A DNA stretch of 64,000 nucleotides from Acidobacteriota bacterium (GTDB lineage Bacteria; Acidobacteriota; Blastocatellia; RBC074). Shown in pieces: positions 8,995 to 19,016 of the stretch. Under the pieces are notes generated by a model. It saw only the letters and a list, made by a program, of their open reading frames with translations, did not search any database and was not told where the DNA came from. A program made the position numbers and the translations under genes. The DNA is taken from positions 2,900-66,899 of the forward strand of contig JAYSVR010000026.1 in assembly GCA_043718445.1 (NCBI GenBank). The letters run 5' to 3'. The first letter of the stretch is position 1. Each line of letters opens with the position of its first letter.

Positions 8995-11900
8995 ATGCTT
9001 AAACGCAATATCGTCGTCACGCTGTTGCTCGCTGTTCTGTTCATCGCGCCCTTGCGCGCGCAAACGCCTTCGGGCGAAATCAGCGGCGTCGTCAGCGATC
9101 AAACCGCCGCCGCCGTCGCGGGCGTCAAGGTGTCGCTTGTCAACCTTGCCACCAACGCGACGCGCGAAGTGCAAACCAATGATTCAGGCTTGTATGCCTT
9201 CCCCGCTTTGTCGCCAGCCGTTTATACGTTAAAGGCTGAGAAGCAGGGCTTTCGCGCCGTCGAACGCAAAAACATAGAAGTGCTGGTCGGCAGCGCTAAC
9301 CGCATTGACCTCGCGCTCGAAGTCGGCGAACTCACCAACGTAGTCGAAATCGCAGGCGGCGCTCCGATACTGCAAAGCGAAAACGCGAGCATCGGCACGG
9401 TCATCGAGAATCGTTCCATCGTCGAGTTGCCATTGAATGGCCGTAACTATTTGCAACTGACTTCGCTGATTCCCGGCGCGACGACCAACGGCCCGGCTTC
9501 GGCGCAAGGGCAACAACGCATGGGCGGACAGCGCAACAGCTTTGCGTTAAACGTCAGCGGACAGCGCATCCATTTCAACCATTATTCGCTCGACGGCATT
9601 GAGAATACCGACCTGAATTTCAACAGCTATATGCTGCTGCCCTCGATTGATGCGATTCAGGAATTCAAGGTCGAGGCGGGTTTATTCGACGCCGAATATG
9701 GCCGCGCGATTGCGCAAATCAACGTCTCGACCAAATCGGGCGGCAATCAATTTCACGGGACGCTGTTTGAGTTTTTGCGCAACTCGTCACTTGATGCGAA
9801 AAACTATTTTGATCGGGCTGATCGTCCGATTCCGCCGTTCAAACGCAATCAATACGGTGCGACAGTGGGCGGCCCAGTTTGGATTCCCAAAGTTTTCAAT
9901 GGCAAAGACCGTTTGTTTTTTCTGTTCAACTGGGAAGGCTTGCGCGAACGCAAAGCTCTGACGCAAACCATTAACGTACCGCTCGCCGCTGAACGCCTCG
10001 GCGATTTCTCGGCAACGGGTGTGACGATTTATGACCCGCGTACGCGCGTCTTCGACGCGGCGGGCAACGTGACGAGTGCGCCTACGCCGTTTGCGGGCAA
10101 TCGCATTCCCGACAATCGCATTCATCCCGTTGTTAAAAAGCTGCTCGCGTTTTACCCGAATCCGCAAAACGGCAATCGCGTAGGCAATTATCTCAACGAC
10201 GAAAGCAAACGCATTGACGCCGATCAATACACCTATCGCATTGATTTCACTGAAAGCTCGAATTCGTCGTGGTTCTTCCGTCACAGCATTTCGCACGAAC
10301 TCGGTCTTGATCCCTATCCGATCCCGAACATGGGCATCAACACCGACACCGATGTGCAGCAAGGCGTCATCGCCAATACGCGAACGATTGGTTCGAGCAA
10401 GGTGAATGACATGCGCATCGGCCTGAGCCGCTTGGTCAACGGTCACATCTCGCCGCGCGCCAACGTGCAAAACGTAGTGAAAGAACTCGGCATCAACATC
10501 CCCAGCGACAACCCTTTGTATTGGGGCGTGCCGAATATCGGCATCACCGGCATCTCGGGTTTGGGCGAAGAGAGCGACGCGCCGTTTATCAATTACGACA
10601 CGACGTTTCAGTTGATAGACAACTTTTCGTGGACGTTCGGCAAGCATTCGGCCAAGTTCGGCGGCGAATGGCGGCGCGTGCGTTACAACCAGATCGGCGG
10701 TGTCGTCACGCGCGGACGGTTCAATTTCGACGGACGCTATACGCAATTACCGCAATTGCTCAATCAGCCCGCTCCTCCGGCGGCACAGCGCGGCGGCGCT
10801 CCGTTGGCTGATTTCCTGCTCGGACATTTCAACAATGCCGAAGGCCAGATCGGCGCACCAGTCGCCAACTTCCGCTCGAACTATTTCGCGTTGTATGCGC
10901 AGGACAACTGGAAGATTACGCCCAAGCTCACGTTGAATTACGGCGTGCGGTGGGAAAACGACCAGCCCTTTCGCGATAAACACGATGCCATCGTCAACAT
11001 TGATTTTCGTTGGGACAATTCGATTGAGCCAACTTATGTGCGTGCCGGCACGGGCGATCCATATGGCGGCAGCGTGCCGTTTCGTCTCGCGTCTGACATC
11101 AAGTATGTGCGCGACGGACGCTTCGGTTCGCGCGCCTATCGCAACGACCTGAACGACATCGCGCCGCGTTTGGGCATCGCTTATCAGATCAATTCAAAGA
11201 CAGTGTTGCGCACGGGCGCGGGCATCTATTACGTACGCGACATCGGCAATGCGGTGTTCGACATCGTGCGCAATGCGCCTTTCACCGTTCGTCGCAACGA
11301 ACCGGCGGAATCGTTCCGGCCCAATTTGAGTTTCGAGCAACCGTTTGCGCGCACCGGAGCGCCGACGTTTATTTTGATCAATCAGTTCGATGAGCCTTCG
11401 TCGTATGTGGCGCAATGGTCGTTCGGCTTTCAGCGCGAAATCACCAGCGACATGACGGCTGAGATCACTTACTTCGGTTCGGCGGGCATACACTTGCGAC
11501 GCTTGCAAAGTTACAACAACCCCGAACCGAGCCAGTTGCCCAACACGAACAACGCGCGACCGTTTCCCAAATTCGGCAGCTTTCAGGTGATGAATGCGCC
11601 GAGCCATTCGAGCTATCACGCGCTGTATATGAAAGCCCAGCGGCGTTTCTCGAACGGCCTGACGTTTATCAGTTCGTTCGCGTGGGGCAAATCAATTGAT
11701 AACGGCAGCGGCGTGCGCACTTCGGTGGGCGATTCGTTGACGCCGTCGAACAATTACAACCTGCAACTCGAACGCGGCTTGTCGGCTTTCGATTTTCGGC
11801 GTCGCTCAACGACTTCAGGCTTGTGGGCTTTGCCGATTGGCAAAGGTCAAAAGCTGAATCTCGAAAACAAAGTGGCGAACTTCCTGATTGGCGGCTGGCA

Positions 11901-12348
11901 GTTGGGCGGCATCTTTACGTTGCAAGACGGCTTCCCGTTCACGGTGCTGTGCGGGCCGGGCAACATTCAAAACGGCGGCGGCGTTTGTTATCCCGACTCG
12001 ACCGGAATCAATCCGAATCTGTCGCGCGATCAACAAACCCGTACGCGCTTTTTCAACCTCGACGCTTATGTTGATCGCATTCCGGCGACGGGCAATTTCC
12101 GCTACGGTACGACCGGACGCAATTCGGTCACCGGGCCGGGCATCATCAGTTTGGATGCTTCGCTCAACAAGAAGTTCAACTTCAGCGAATCGAAGTATCT
12201 TGAATTCCGCACCGAAGTTTTCAACGCACCCAATCATCCGATTTGGAATCCGCCGGGCAATCAATTGCGTACGCCGAATGCAGGCGTAATCACCAGCACC
12301 AAGATTGATTCGCGGCAGCTTCAGTTCGGTTTGAAGTTGGTTTTCTGA
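8995..12348 (+). CDS. TonB-dependent receptor-like outer-membrane protein with an N-terminal carboxypeptidase-regulatory-like (CarboxypepD_reg) domain
   Basis: 1117-aa ORF. A signal peptide is followed by ISGVVSDQTAAAVAGVKVSLVNLATNATREVQTNDSGLYAF (Cna-B/CarboxypepD_reg-like), then a plug/barrel. It ends in a beta-barrel terminal LQFGLKLVF. Confidence 0.8.
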   Translation: MLKRNIVVTLLLAVLFIAPLRAQTPSGEISGVVSDQTAAAVAGVKVSLVNLATNATREVQTNDSGLYAFPALSPAVYTLKAEKQGFRAVERKNIEVLVGSANRIDLALEVGELTNVVEIAGGAPILQSENASIGTVIENRSIVELPLNGRNYLQLTSLIPGATTNGPASAQGQQRMGGQRNSFALNVSGQRIHFNHYSLDGIENTDLNFNSYMLLPSIDAIQEFKVEAGLFDAEYGRAIAQINVSTKSGGNQFHGTLFEFLRNSSLDAKNYFDRADRPIPPFKRNQYGATVGGPVWIPKVFNGKDRLFFLFNWEGLRERKALTQTINVPLAAERLGDFSATGVTIYDPRTRVFDAAGNVTSAPTPFAGNRIPDNRIHPVVKKLLAFYPNPQNGNRVGNYLNDESKRIDADQYTYRIDFTESSNSSWFFRHSISHELGLDPYPIPNMGINTDTDVQQGVIANTRTIGSSKVNDMRIGLSRLVNGHISPRANVQNVVKELGINIPSDNPLYWGVPNIGITGISGLGEESDAPFINYDTTFQLIDNFSWTFGKHSAKFGGEWRRVRYNQIGGVVTRGRFNFDGRYTQLPQLLNQPAPPAAQRGGAPLADFLLGHFNNAEGQIGAPVANFRSNYFALYAQDNWKITPKLTLNYGVRWENDQPFRDKHDAIVNIDFRWDNSIEPTYVRAGTGDPYGGSVPFRLASDIKYVRDGRFGSRAYRNDLNDIAPRLGIAYQINSKTVLRTGAGIYYVRDIGNAVFDIVRNAPFTVRRNEPAESFRPNLSFEQPFARTGAPTFILINQFDEPSSYVAQWSFGFQREITSDMTAEITYFGSAGIHLRRLQSYNNPEPSQLPNTNNARPFPKFGSFQVMNAPSHSSYHALYMKAQRRFSNGLTFISSFAWGKSIDNGSGVRTSVGDSLTPSNNYNLQLERGLSAFDFRRRSTTSGLWALPIGKGQKLNLENKVANFLIGGWQLGGIFTLQDGFPFTVLCGPGNIQNGGGVCYPDSTGINPNLSRDQQTRTRFFNLDAYVDRIPATGNFRYGTTGRNSVTGPGIISLDASLNKKFNFSESKYLEFRTEVFNAPNHPIWNPPGNQLRTPNAGVITSTKIDSRQLQFGLKLVF

Positions 12349-12361
12349 TACAAAGCTGTGG

Positions 12362-12392
12362 GCGGCGTAAGCGAATTACGCCGCCCACTCAC
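12362..12392 (+). terminator. GC-rich hairpin (13-bp perfect stem gtgggcggcgtaa/ttacgccgcccac) directly after the TBDR stop codon, with no U-tract
   Basis: Inverted repeat read from the sequence. It ends 2 nt before the LysR start codon. Confidence 0.35.
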
Positions 12393-12394
12393 GC

Positions 12395-13279
12395 ATGCAC
12401 ATCGAAACTCTCAAAACTTTTTGCGACCTGATTGAAACCGGCAGTTTCTCGAAAGCCGCCCAACTCAATTTCGTTTCGCAATCCGCCGTGAGCCAACAAC
12501 TCAAAGCCCTCGAACAACGTTACGGCCAGCAACTCATCGAACGCGGCCACCGGCAAAGCCTCGCGCTGACCGAATCTGGCAAAATCTTTTACCGCGCCTG
12601 TCAGGAACTGCTCGAAAACTTTCGCCTGCTCGAAGAGCAAATGCGCCAGCCCGACGAATCAATCACTGGCACGCTCAAAGTGGCGACTGTTTACAGCATC
12701 GGCCTGCACGAGTTGCCGCCTTATGTGAAGCAGTTCATGAAAGCGCATCCGCAAGTGAAGGTGCATATCGAATACAGCCGCACCGACAAGGTTTATGAAG
12801 CCTGCCAAAACAACGCGATTGATTTCGGCATTGTGGCGCTGCCGTTGCGGCGTCCGAATCTCACGGTGATTCCGTTGCGGCAAGACAAACTCGTCATCGT
12901 TTGTGCGCCCGAACATCGGCTGGCGCGCAAACGCAAAGTCAGTTTCACGCAACTGGCAGGCGAAGATTTCATCGCGTTTGAGCGCGACATTCCTACGCGC
13001 AAGACGATTGACGGCTTGCTGAAACAACACAAAGTCGTAGTGAATCGGGTGATGGAATTCGACAACATCGAAACCCTCAAACGTTCGGTCGAAGTCGGAA
13101 TCGGCCTTTCGATCCTGCCTGAAACAGCCGTCGTCAACGAAGTCAAAAACGGTTTGCTCGCGCAATTGGATTTCAGTGAAGGCACGTTCACGCGCGCCAT
13201 CGGCATCATTCATCGGCGCGGACGTGTCTTCAGCGCAGCGGCGCGTGAGTTCGTGCAAATGCTGACGGCGGCGCGTTGA
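12395..13279 (+). CDS. LysR-family transcriptional regulator
   Basis: The N-terminal HTH is [43 protein letters not shown] 294-aa LysR substrate-binding fold follows. Confidence 0.85.
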   Translation: MHIETLKTFCDLIETGSFSKAAQLNFVSQSAVSQQLKALEQRYGQQLIERGHRQSLALTESGKIFYRACQELLENFRLLEEQMRQPDESITGTLKVATVYSIGLHELPPYVKQFMKAHPQVKVHIEYSRTDKVYEACQNNAIDFGIVALPLRRPNLTVIPLRQDKLVIVCAPEHRLARKRKVSFTQLAGEDFIAFERDIPTRKTIDGLLKQHKVVVNRVMEFDNIETLKRSVEVGIGLSILPETAVVNEVKNGLLAQLDFSEGTFTRAIGIIHRRGRVFSAAAREFVQMLTAAR

Positions 13280-13431
13280 CGCTGATGGACTGACACCTTA
13301 GACTGCGCGCGTTTTACATAAGCACTCATTCATCCGGCACGTTTCTAAAGCCGGAAAACATTTTCGAACAATTCGTCGGCAGTAGCTTTCTCAAAAAAGG
13401 AGTAGAAGGCGAAAGCGAAGTTATCTTTGTC

Positions 13432-14211
13432 TTGCGCCGCAACCTTATGGCTGAATCGAAAACTGCTTTGCAAAATCGTAGCTTTGGCGCGACTGAGCGG
13501 CGCGAATCATGGTGGACAGAAGTCTTGCCCATCATCATCGTGTTCGGCGGCTTCGGCATTTACGCGACGCTGCGTGCAATGGAAGGCGCACATTATGAAT
13601 GGGGGAATTATCTCTCGCCGTTCTATTCGCCGCTGATTGACCCCGAACATCATTGGCTGCCGAAATGGCTCTCACCCGCGTTGCTGATTCTCGGCGCGCC
13701 CCTGGGCTTTCGCACGACTTGTTACTATTACCGCAAGGCGTATTACCGCGCGTTTTTCATGTCGCCGCCTTCGTGCGCCGTGACAGGACGCGCGGCGGGC
13801 AAGTATTCAGGCGAACGCAAGTTCCCCTTCATCCTGCAAAACCTGCATCGTTACTTTTTGTATCTGGCGCTGATCTTCATCGTCATCTTGTGGTACGACG
13901 CGCTCAAGGCGTTCTTTTTCCAAGACGGCTTCGGCATTGGCGTAGGCTCACTGATTATGGTGCTTAACGTAGTGCTGCTGACGATGTATACGTTTTCCTG
14001 CCACTCGCTGCGGCATCTGGTCGGCGGCAAGCTCGATTGCTTTTCGTGCGAAGTCGCGGGCGGCACGCGCTACAAAACGTGGAAAGGCGTCAGTTCGCTC
14101 AATGAACGCCACATGCAATTCGCATGGGCGAGCCTGCTGTCGGTAGGCTTGTGCGATTTGTATATCACGCTGGTTTCGCGCGGCTATATTACTGATTTAC
14201 GGTTGTTGTGA
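13432..14211 (+). CDS. sdhC: Succinate dehydrogenase/fumarate reductase membrane anchor, cytochrome b subunit (type B, single anchor with about 5 TM helices)
   Basis: Polytopic membrane protein. It lies immediately upstream of the flavoprotein and Fe-S subunits. The start is alternatively at MAESK (13447). Confidence 0.65.
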   Translation: MRRNLMAESKTALQNRSFGATERRESWWTEVLPIIIVFGGFGIYATLRAMEGAHYEWGNYLSPFYSPLIDPEHHWLPKWLSPALLILGAPLGFRTTCYYYRKAYYRAFFMSPPSCAVTGRAAGKYSGERKFPFILQNLHRYFLYLALIFIVILWYDALKAFFFQDGFGIGVGSLIMVLNVVLLTMYTFSCHSLRHLVGGKLDCFSCEVAGGTRYKTWKGVSSLNERHMQFAWASLLSVGLCDLYITLVSRGYITDLRLL

Positions 14212-14390
14212 TGACAAAAGAACCATCTGCAAACGATACGACGCGCGAGATTGACGACAGCGATGACTGGACGGAAGAAGATATGCGCGAGTTTACCGCG
14301 TATTCGATGCGTTGCTTTATTGAAAGGGAAGAAGCGGAAGAAGCTGCCTTTCTTGCTACTGAACTCACACCCCAAGCTGAAAACCAATGA
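14211..14390 (+). CDS. Small, highly acidic protein (59 aa) encoded between sdhC and sdhA
   Basis: MTKEPSANDTTREIDDSDDWTEEDMREFTAYSM... The ATG overlaps the sdhC stop codon (TGATG) and its stop overlaps the sdhA start (ATGA). Translational coupling on both sides argues it is expressed. Confidence 0.35.
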   Translation: MTKEPSANDTTREIDDSDDWTEEDMREFTAYSMRCFIEREEAEEAAFLATELTPQAENQ

Positions 14391-16111
14391 GTGAAAAATA
14401 CGAAACACACGAACACGATGTCTTAATCATCGGAGCAGGCGGCGCGGGTTTGCGCGCTACGATTGCGGCCCTGGCGCAAGGCGCTTCGGTCGGCGTCGTA
14501 TGCAAATCGTTGCTCGGCAAGGCGCACACCGTCATGGCTGAAGGCGGCGTAGCGGCGGCGATGGGTAACGTAGACAGCGCCGACGGCTGGCAGCCGCACT
14601 TCCGCGACACGATGCGCGGCGGCAAGTTCATGAACAACTGGCGCATGGCGCAGCTTCACGCGCAGGAAGCGCCCGACCGCGTGCGCGAGCTTGAGCATTG
14701 GGGCGCGCTGTTTGATCGCACGCCCGACGGAAACATTTTGCAGCGCGCGTTCGGCGGACACACTTATAAACGGCTCTGCCACGTAGGCGACCGCACCGGG
14801 CTTGAGATGATTCGTACGCTGCAAGATCGCGGCGTCGCGCTCGGCGTAGACGTTTTCATGGAATGCACAGTCACCAAGCTGTTGAAAGACGGCGACCGCG
14901 TCGTTGGAGCCTTTGCCTATTGGCGCGAGACGGGGCGCTTCGTAGTTTTCAAAGCCAAAGCCATCGTGGTTTGCACCGGCGGCATCGGCAAGTCTTATCG
15001 CGTCACGTCGAACTCGTGGGAATACACCGGCGACGGACAGGCGCTGGCGTTCGAGGCCGGAGCCGAATTGAAAGACATGGAATTCGTTCAGTTCCATCCG
15101 ACCGGCATGGTCTGGCCGCCGGGCGTCGCGGGCATTCTCGTAACCGAAGCCGTGCGCGGCGAAGGTGGCATCCTGCGCAACAGCAAGGGCGAACGCTTCA
15201 TGGAAAAATACGACCCGAAGCGGATGGAGCTTTCGACGCGCGACGTGGTGGCGCGTTCGATTTACACCGAAGTCAAAGAGGGACGCGGTACGCCACACGG
15301 CGGAGCCTTCTTAGACATTTCGCATAAGCCCGGCGATTACGTGAAAAAGAAGCTGCCGAGCATGTATCACCAATTCAAAGAACTCGCCGACGTAGACATC
15401 ACCAAAGAGCCGATGGAAGTCGGCCCGACGTGCCATTACGTTATGGGCGGCATTAACGTTGACGCCGAGACCGCCGCCGCAACGATTCCTGGTTTATACG
15501 CGGCGGGCGAAGCAGCAGCGGGCTTGCACGGCGCGAATCGTTTGGGCGGCAATTCGCTGTCTGACTTGTTGGTCTTCGGTCGGCGCGCGGGCGAAGCGGC
15601 GGCGCAATACGCGAACAGTTCAAGCGCGGTGACGATTGATAATGCGCAAGTCGAAGCCGCCGCGCGCGAGATGCTCGAACCCTTTGAACGCACGACGGGC
15701 GAGTCGCCATATGACGTTCACGACGAGTTGCAGGATTCGATGCAAAGCCTCGTCGGCATCTTCCGCAACGAAGAAGACATGACGAAAGGCTTGGCGAAAC
15801 TCGAAGAGTTCAAAGAGCGCGCGAAAAAAGTGCGCGTCGTCGGTTCGCGTATGTTCAACCCCGGCTGGCATCTGGCGCGCGACCTGCAAAACATGCTGCT
15901 GACTTCTGAAGCGGTTGCGCTGGCAGCGCGTGAACGCAAAGAGTCGCGCGGTGCACACGCCCGTATAGATTTTGAAAAGCTCGATGATGAAAAGTGGGGC
16001 AAGCAGCACAACATCATCAAGCGCAACGGAGACGGTTCGCTGAATCTTTCACAACGACCGATTTTCGAATTGCCTGACGAACTCAAACAGGTTTTGGAAG
16101 AAGATAAATAA
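14387..16111 (+). CDS. sdhA: Succinate dehydrogenase/fumarate reductase flavoprotein subunit
   Basis: FAD-binding motif VLIIGAGGAGLRA. Further evidence includes the RDTMRGG motif, a HPTG-type covalent FAD His region and 574-aa length. Confidence 0.9.
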   Translation: MSEKYETHEHDVLIIGAGGAGLRATIAALAQGASVGVVCKSLLGKAHTVMAEGGVAAAMGNVDSADGWQPHFRDTMRGGKFMNNWRMAQLHAQEAPDRVRELEHWGALFDRTPDGNILQRAFGGHTYKRLCHVGDRTGLEMIRTLQDRGVALGVDVFMECTVTKLLKDGDRVVGAFAYWRETGRFVVFKAKAIVVCTGGIGKSYRVTSNSWEYTGDGQALAFEAGAELKDMEFVQFHPTGMVWPPGVAGILVTEAVRGEGGILRNSKGERFMEKYDPKRMELSTRDVVARSIYTEVKEGRGTPHGGAFLDISHKPGDYVKKKLPSMYHQFKELADVDITKEPMEVGPTCHYVMGGINVDAETAAATIPGLYAAGEAAAGLHGANRLGGNSLSDLLVFGRRAGEAAAQYANSSSAVTIDNAQVEAAAREMLEPFERTTGESPYDVHDELQDSMQSLVGIFRNEEDMTKGLAKLEEFKERAKKVRVVGSRMFNPGWHLARDLQNMLLTSEAVALAARERKESRGAHARIDFEKLDDEKWGKQHNIIKRNGDGSLNLSQRPIFELPDELKQVLEEDK

Positions 16112-16135
16112 AGGCAAGAGACTCAGTGGCAAACG

Positions 16136-16230
16136 GCATTCTCAATTCCCCATTCTCAATTCTTATACAGAAGAAACATTGGCTTACAGTTTTCTCTTTA
16201 AAAGAATTGAGAATGGGGAATTGAGAATGC
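16136..16230. repeat. Perfect 29-bp-arm inverted repeat (gcattctcaattccccattctcaattctt / aagaattgagaatggggaattgagaatgc) with a 37-nt loop, between sdhA and sdhB
   Basis: Read directly from the sequence. Each arm also contains the direct repeat attctcaatt twice. Confidence 0.6.
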
Positions 16231-16267
16231 CGATGCCGCAATGGTTCGGTTTTAAGGAGACGCATAA

Positions 16268-17008
16268 ATGGCGGAAGCTACACTCAGAATTTATCGTGGC
16301 GATAAAGACGGGGGCGAACACGTCGAATATAAAGTGCCGGTCGCGCCGGGCATGGTCGTGCTCGACGCTTTGCATTACGTGCAAGGCCATCAAGCGCCTG
16401 ACTTGGCGGTGCGCTGGAATTGCAAGGCCGCGAAATGCGGCTCGTGTTCGGGCGAAGTCAATGGCCATCCGAAGCTGATGTGCAAGACGCGGCTCGACGA
16501 TTTGCCGCTCGATCAGCCGATCACGATCAATCCGTTGAAGAGCTTCCCGATCATCAAAGACCTCGTGACCGACGTGTCGTGGAATTACAAGATCAACAAA
16601 AAGATTCCGCCTTTCACGCCCGCGCCCAACACCGAATGGAAGATGCAGCAGGAAGACATTGACCGCGTGCAGGAGTTCCGCAAGTGCATCGAATGCTTCC
16701 TTTGCCAAAACGTATGCCACGTGCTGCGCGACCACGAGAAGAAAGAAGATTTCGGCGGCCCGCGCTTTTTCGTGCGCATTGCCGGACTCGAAATGCATCC
16801 GCTCGACACCGTGTCGCGCACCGCGTTGCTCAAAGACGAACTGGGCATCGGCCTGTGCAACATCACCAAGTGTTGCACAGAGGTTTGCCCTGAAGACATT
16901 CATATCACCGATAACGCGATCATTCCGTTGAAAGAGCGCGTGGTAGATGAGTTTTACGATCCGATCCAAATGATCTGGCGCAAGCTGACGGGCAAAGGCA
17001 AAAAGTAA
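16268..17008 (+). CDS. sdhB: Succinate dehydrogenase/fumarate reductase iron-sulfur subunit
   Basis: 2Fe-2S motif CKAAKCGSCSGEVNG. Cys clusters CIECFLCQNVC and CNITKCCTEVCP follow. Confidence 0.9.
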   Translation: MAEATLRIYRGDKDGGEHVEYKVPVAPGMVVLDALHYVQGHQAPDLAVRWNCKAAKCGSCSGEVNGHPKLMCKTRLDDLPLDQPITINPLKSFPIIKDLVTDVSWNYKINKKIPPFTPAPNTEWKMQQEDIDRVQEFRKCIECFLCQNVCHVLRDHEKKEDFGGPRFFVRIAGLEMHPLDTVSRTALLKDELGIGLCNITKCCTEVCPEDIHITDNAIIPLKERVVDEFYDPIQMIWRKLTGKGKK

Positions 17009-17023
17009 AATGCGGAGGTTGCG

Positions 17024-17521
17024 ATGTTCGAGCTAAAACCCATCCATCCCGAATCTATCGAACAGGCTTTGGAAAAAGCGCATCACTATCGCTTGCTCAA
17101 CGAACCCGGCGAAGCCGAAAGCATTTGCCTCGACGTACTCGAAATCGAGCCGGAGCATCAAGGCGCGTTGGTTACGTTGCTGCTGGCGCTGACTGATCGT
17201 ATGGCGAAAGGCTATGCAACGGGCGCGCGTCAGGCCAAAGAGGTTTTGCCGCGCCTCACAGACGAATACCAACGGCATTATTACGCTGGACTGATTTGCG
17301 AACGGCAAGGCAAAGTGCGTTTGCAACAAGGCGGGCCGGGCGCTACGCACGATGCTTACGAATGGTTGCGCGAAGCGATGGCGGCTTACGAAAAAGCCGA
17401 GCCGCTCAAACCCGCTGGCAACGACGACGTGATCTTGCGCTGGAATGCCTGTGCGCGAAACATCATGCGCAACCAACTCTCAGCACGCCCCACCGACAAC
17501 GCAGCACAATTTCTGGAATAA
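17024..17521 (+). CDS. Conserved hypothetical helical protein (165 aa) located 16 bp after sdhB
   Basis: ORF with no recognisable catalytic motifs. Its position suggests co-transcription with sdhCAB. Confidence 0.45.
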   Translation: MFELKPIHPESIEQALEKAHHYRLLNEPGEAESICLDVLEIEPEHQGALVTLLLALTDRMAKGYATGARQAKEVLPRLTDEYQRHYYAGLICERQGKVRLQQGGPGATHDAYEWLREAMAAYEKAEPLKPAGNDDVILRWNACARNIMRNQLSARPTDNAAQFLE

Positions 17522-17530
17522 ATCTTCGCT

Positions 17531-18898
17531 ATGCCTTCTTACCTTCGAGCGTGGCTCGTGGCGTTATGCGTCACGGCGGGCGGTGGGCTGATGTCAGCCT
17601 TCGCGCAATCCAAACCGAACATTCTCATCCTTTACGCCGACGACTGGCGGCACGATACGCTGGGCATTGCGGGGCATCCTATCGTCAAGACGCCGCACCT
17701 CGATCAACTGGCGCGTGAAGGCGTTCGCTTCACGCGCGCACACGTGACGACTTCGATTTGCGGCGTCAGCCGCGCGACGTTGTTTACCGGACAATGGATG
17801 TCGCGCCACGGCAACCCCGCGTTCGAGATGTTCAAGACGCCGTTTAGCGAAACCTATCCCGGCTTGTTGCGCGCGAACGGTTATTACACCGGTCACATTG
17901 GCAAGTGGCACAACGGCAAGTTTCCCGCCAAGCATTTCGATTTCGGACGTTCGTATGCGGGAACGCATTTCATCAAGCAACCAGACGGCTCTACGATTCA
18001 CGTCACACAGAAAAACGAAAACGACGCGCTCGAATTTTTACGCGCGCGTCCGAAAGAAAAACCCTTTGTGCTGACGCTTGCGTTTTTCGCTACGCACGCC
18101 GAAGACCAAAATCCGAAGCAGTATTTGTATCAACCACAAAACGCCGCGCTCTATCAAAACGTAACCATCCCGATTCCGAAAACCGCAGGCGACGAATACT
18201 TCAAACTGCTGCCGCCCTTCATCGCCAACGAAAAAAACGAAGGCCGCAATCGCTGGCACTGGCGTTTCGATACGCCGGAAAAATATCAGGAATACATGAA
18301 GGCTTATTACCGGTTGGCGACTGAAGTGGACTCAACCGCAGGGCGCGTTTTAGCTGAACTCAAAGCCCAGGGTTTAGACGACAACACGCTCGTGATTTTC
18401 ACGACTGACAACGGATACTTTCACGGCGAACACGGACTGGCTGACAAATGGTATCCCTATCAAGAATCCATTCGCGTACCGTTGATCGTGCGCGACCCGC
18501 GTATGCCGAAAACCAAACGCGGAGCGATCAATGATGCTTTGGTTTTGAATGTAGATACCGCGCCAACGATTCTTTCCGCCGCTGGCGTCAAGGCTCCGGC
18601 GCGCATGCAAGGCCGAGATTTCGCTGAATTGTATTTGAAAGCAAAGACGAAAGACTGGCGGCAGGATTATTTTTATGAACACGCGACGATTCGCAACATT
18701 GATTTCATCCCTTCGTCTGAGGCGCTGGTGCAACGCGACGTGAAATATCTTTACTGGCCTGATTTCAAATACGAAGAGTTGTTCGATCTCAACCGCGATC
18801 CACACGAAACGCGCAATCTTATCAACGATGCGAAATACGCGAAGCGATTGACAGCCTTGCGACAACGTTTTGCCATCTTAAAAGCCGCTGCGAAATGA
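17531..18898 (+). CDS. Sulfatase-family hydrolase (alkaline-phosphatase superfamily) with signal peptide and a noncanonical C-G-V-S-R formylglycine motif
   Basis: [15 protein letters not shown]...[17 protein letters not shown]...[11 protein letters not shown] are sulfatase hallmarks. Val replaces the usual Pro in the motif. Confidence 0.75.
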   Translation: MPSYLRAWLVALCVTAGGGLMSAFAQSKPNILILYADDWRHDTLGIAGHPIVKTPHLDQLAREGVRFTRAHVTTSICGVSRATLFTGQWMSRHGNPAFEMFKTPFSETYPGLLRANGYYTGHIGKWHNGKFPAKHFDFGRSYAGTHFIKQPDGSTIHVTQKNENDALEFLRARPKEKPFVLTLAFFATHAEDQNPKQYLYQPQNAALYQNVTIPIPKTAGDEYFKLLPPFIANEKNEGRNRWHWRFDTPEKYQEYMKAYYRLATEVDSTAGRVLAELKAQGLDDNTLVIFTTDNGYFHGEHGLADKWYPYQESIRVPLIVRDPRMPKTKRGAINDALVLNVDTAPTILSAAGVKAPARMQGRDFAELYLKAKTKDWRQDYFYEHATIRNIDFIPSSEALVQRDVKYLYWPDFKYEELFDLNRDPHETRNLINDAKYAKRLTALRQRFAILKAAAK

Positions 18899-18931
18899 TT
18901 GCTTCGCTAATCGCCGAAGGGCTTTCGCCAC

Positions 18932-18996
18932 AAAAAAGCACAGGATTCACAAAACTTATTCTTTCAAAACGTTTTGTGAATCCTGTGCTTTTTGTT
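18932..18996. terminator. Bidirectional rho-independent terminator between the convergent sulfatase (+) and 19017-19406 (-) genes
   Basis: aaaaaagcacaggattcacaaaac ... gttttgtgaatcctgtgctttttgtt forms a stem of about 19 bp. It is flanked by an A-run on one side and a T-run on the other. Confidence 0.7.
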
Positions 18997-19016
18997 CGGA
19001 ACAGCAACCTTCTTGC

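Noticed and set aside
9787-10746. 319-aa antisense ORF inside the TBDR gene, and similar long antisense ORFs (e.g. 14423-15298, 16184-16969, 33658-34065)
   Set aside because: These are typical spurious open frames of high-GC DNA opposite well-supported genes. They have Arg/Ala-rich composition and no motifs.
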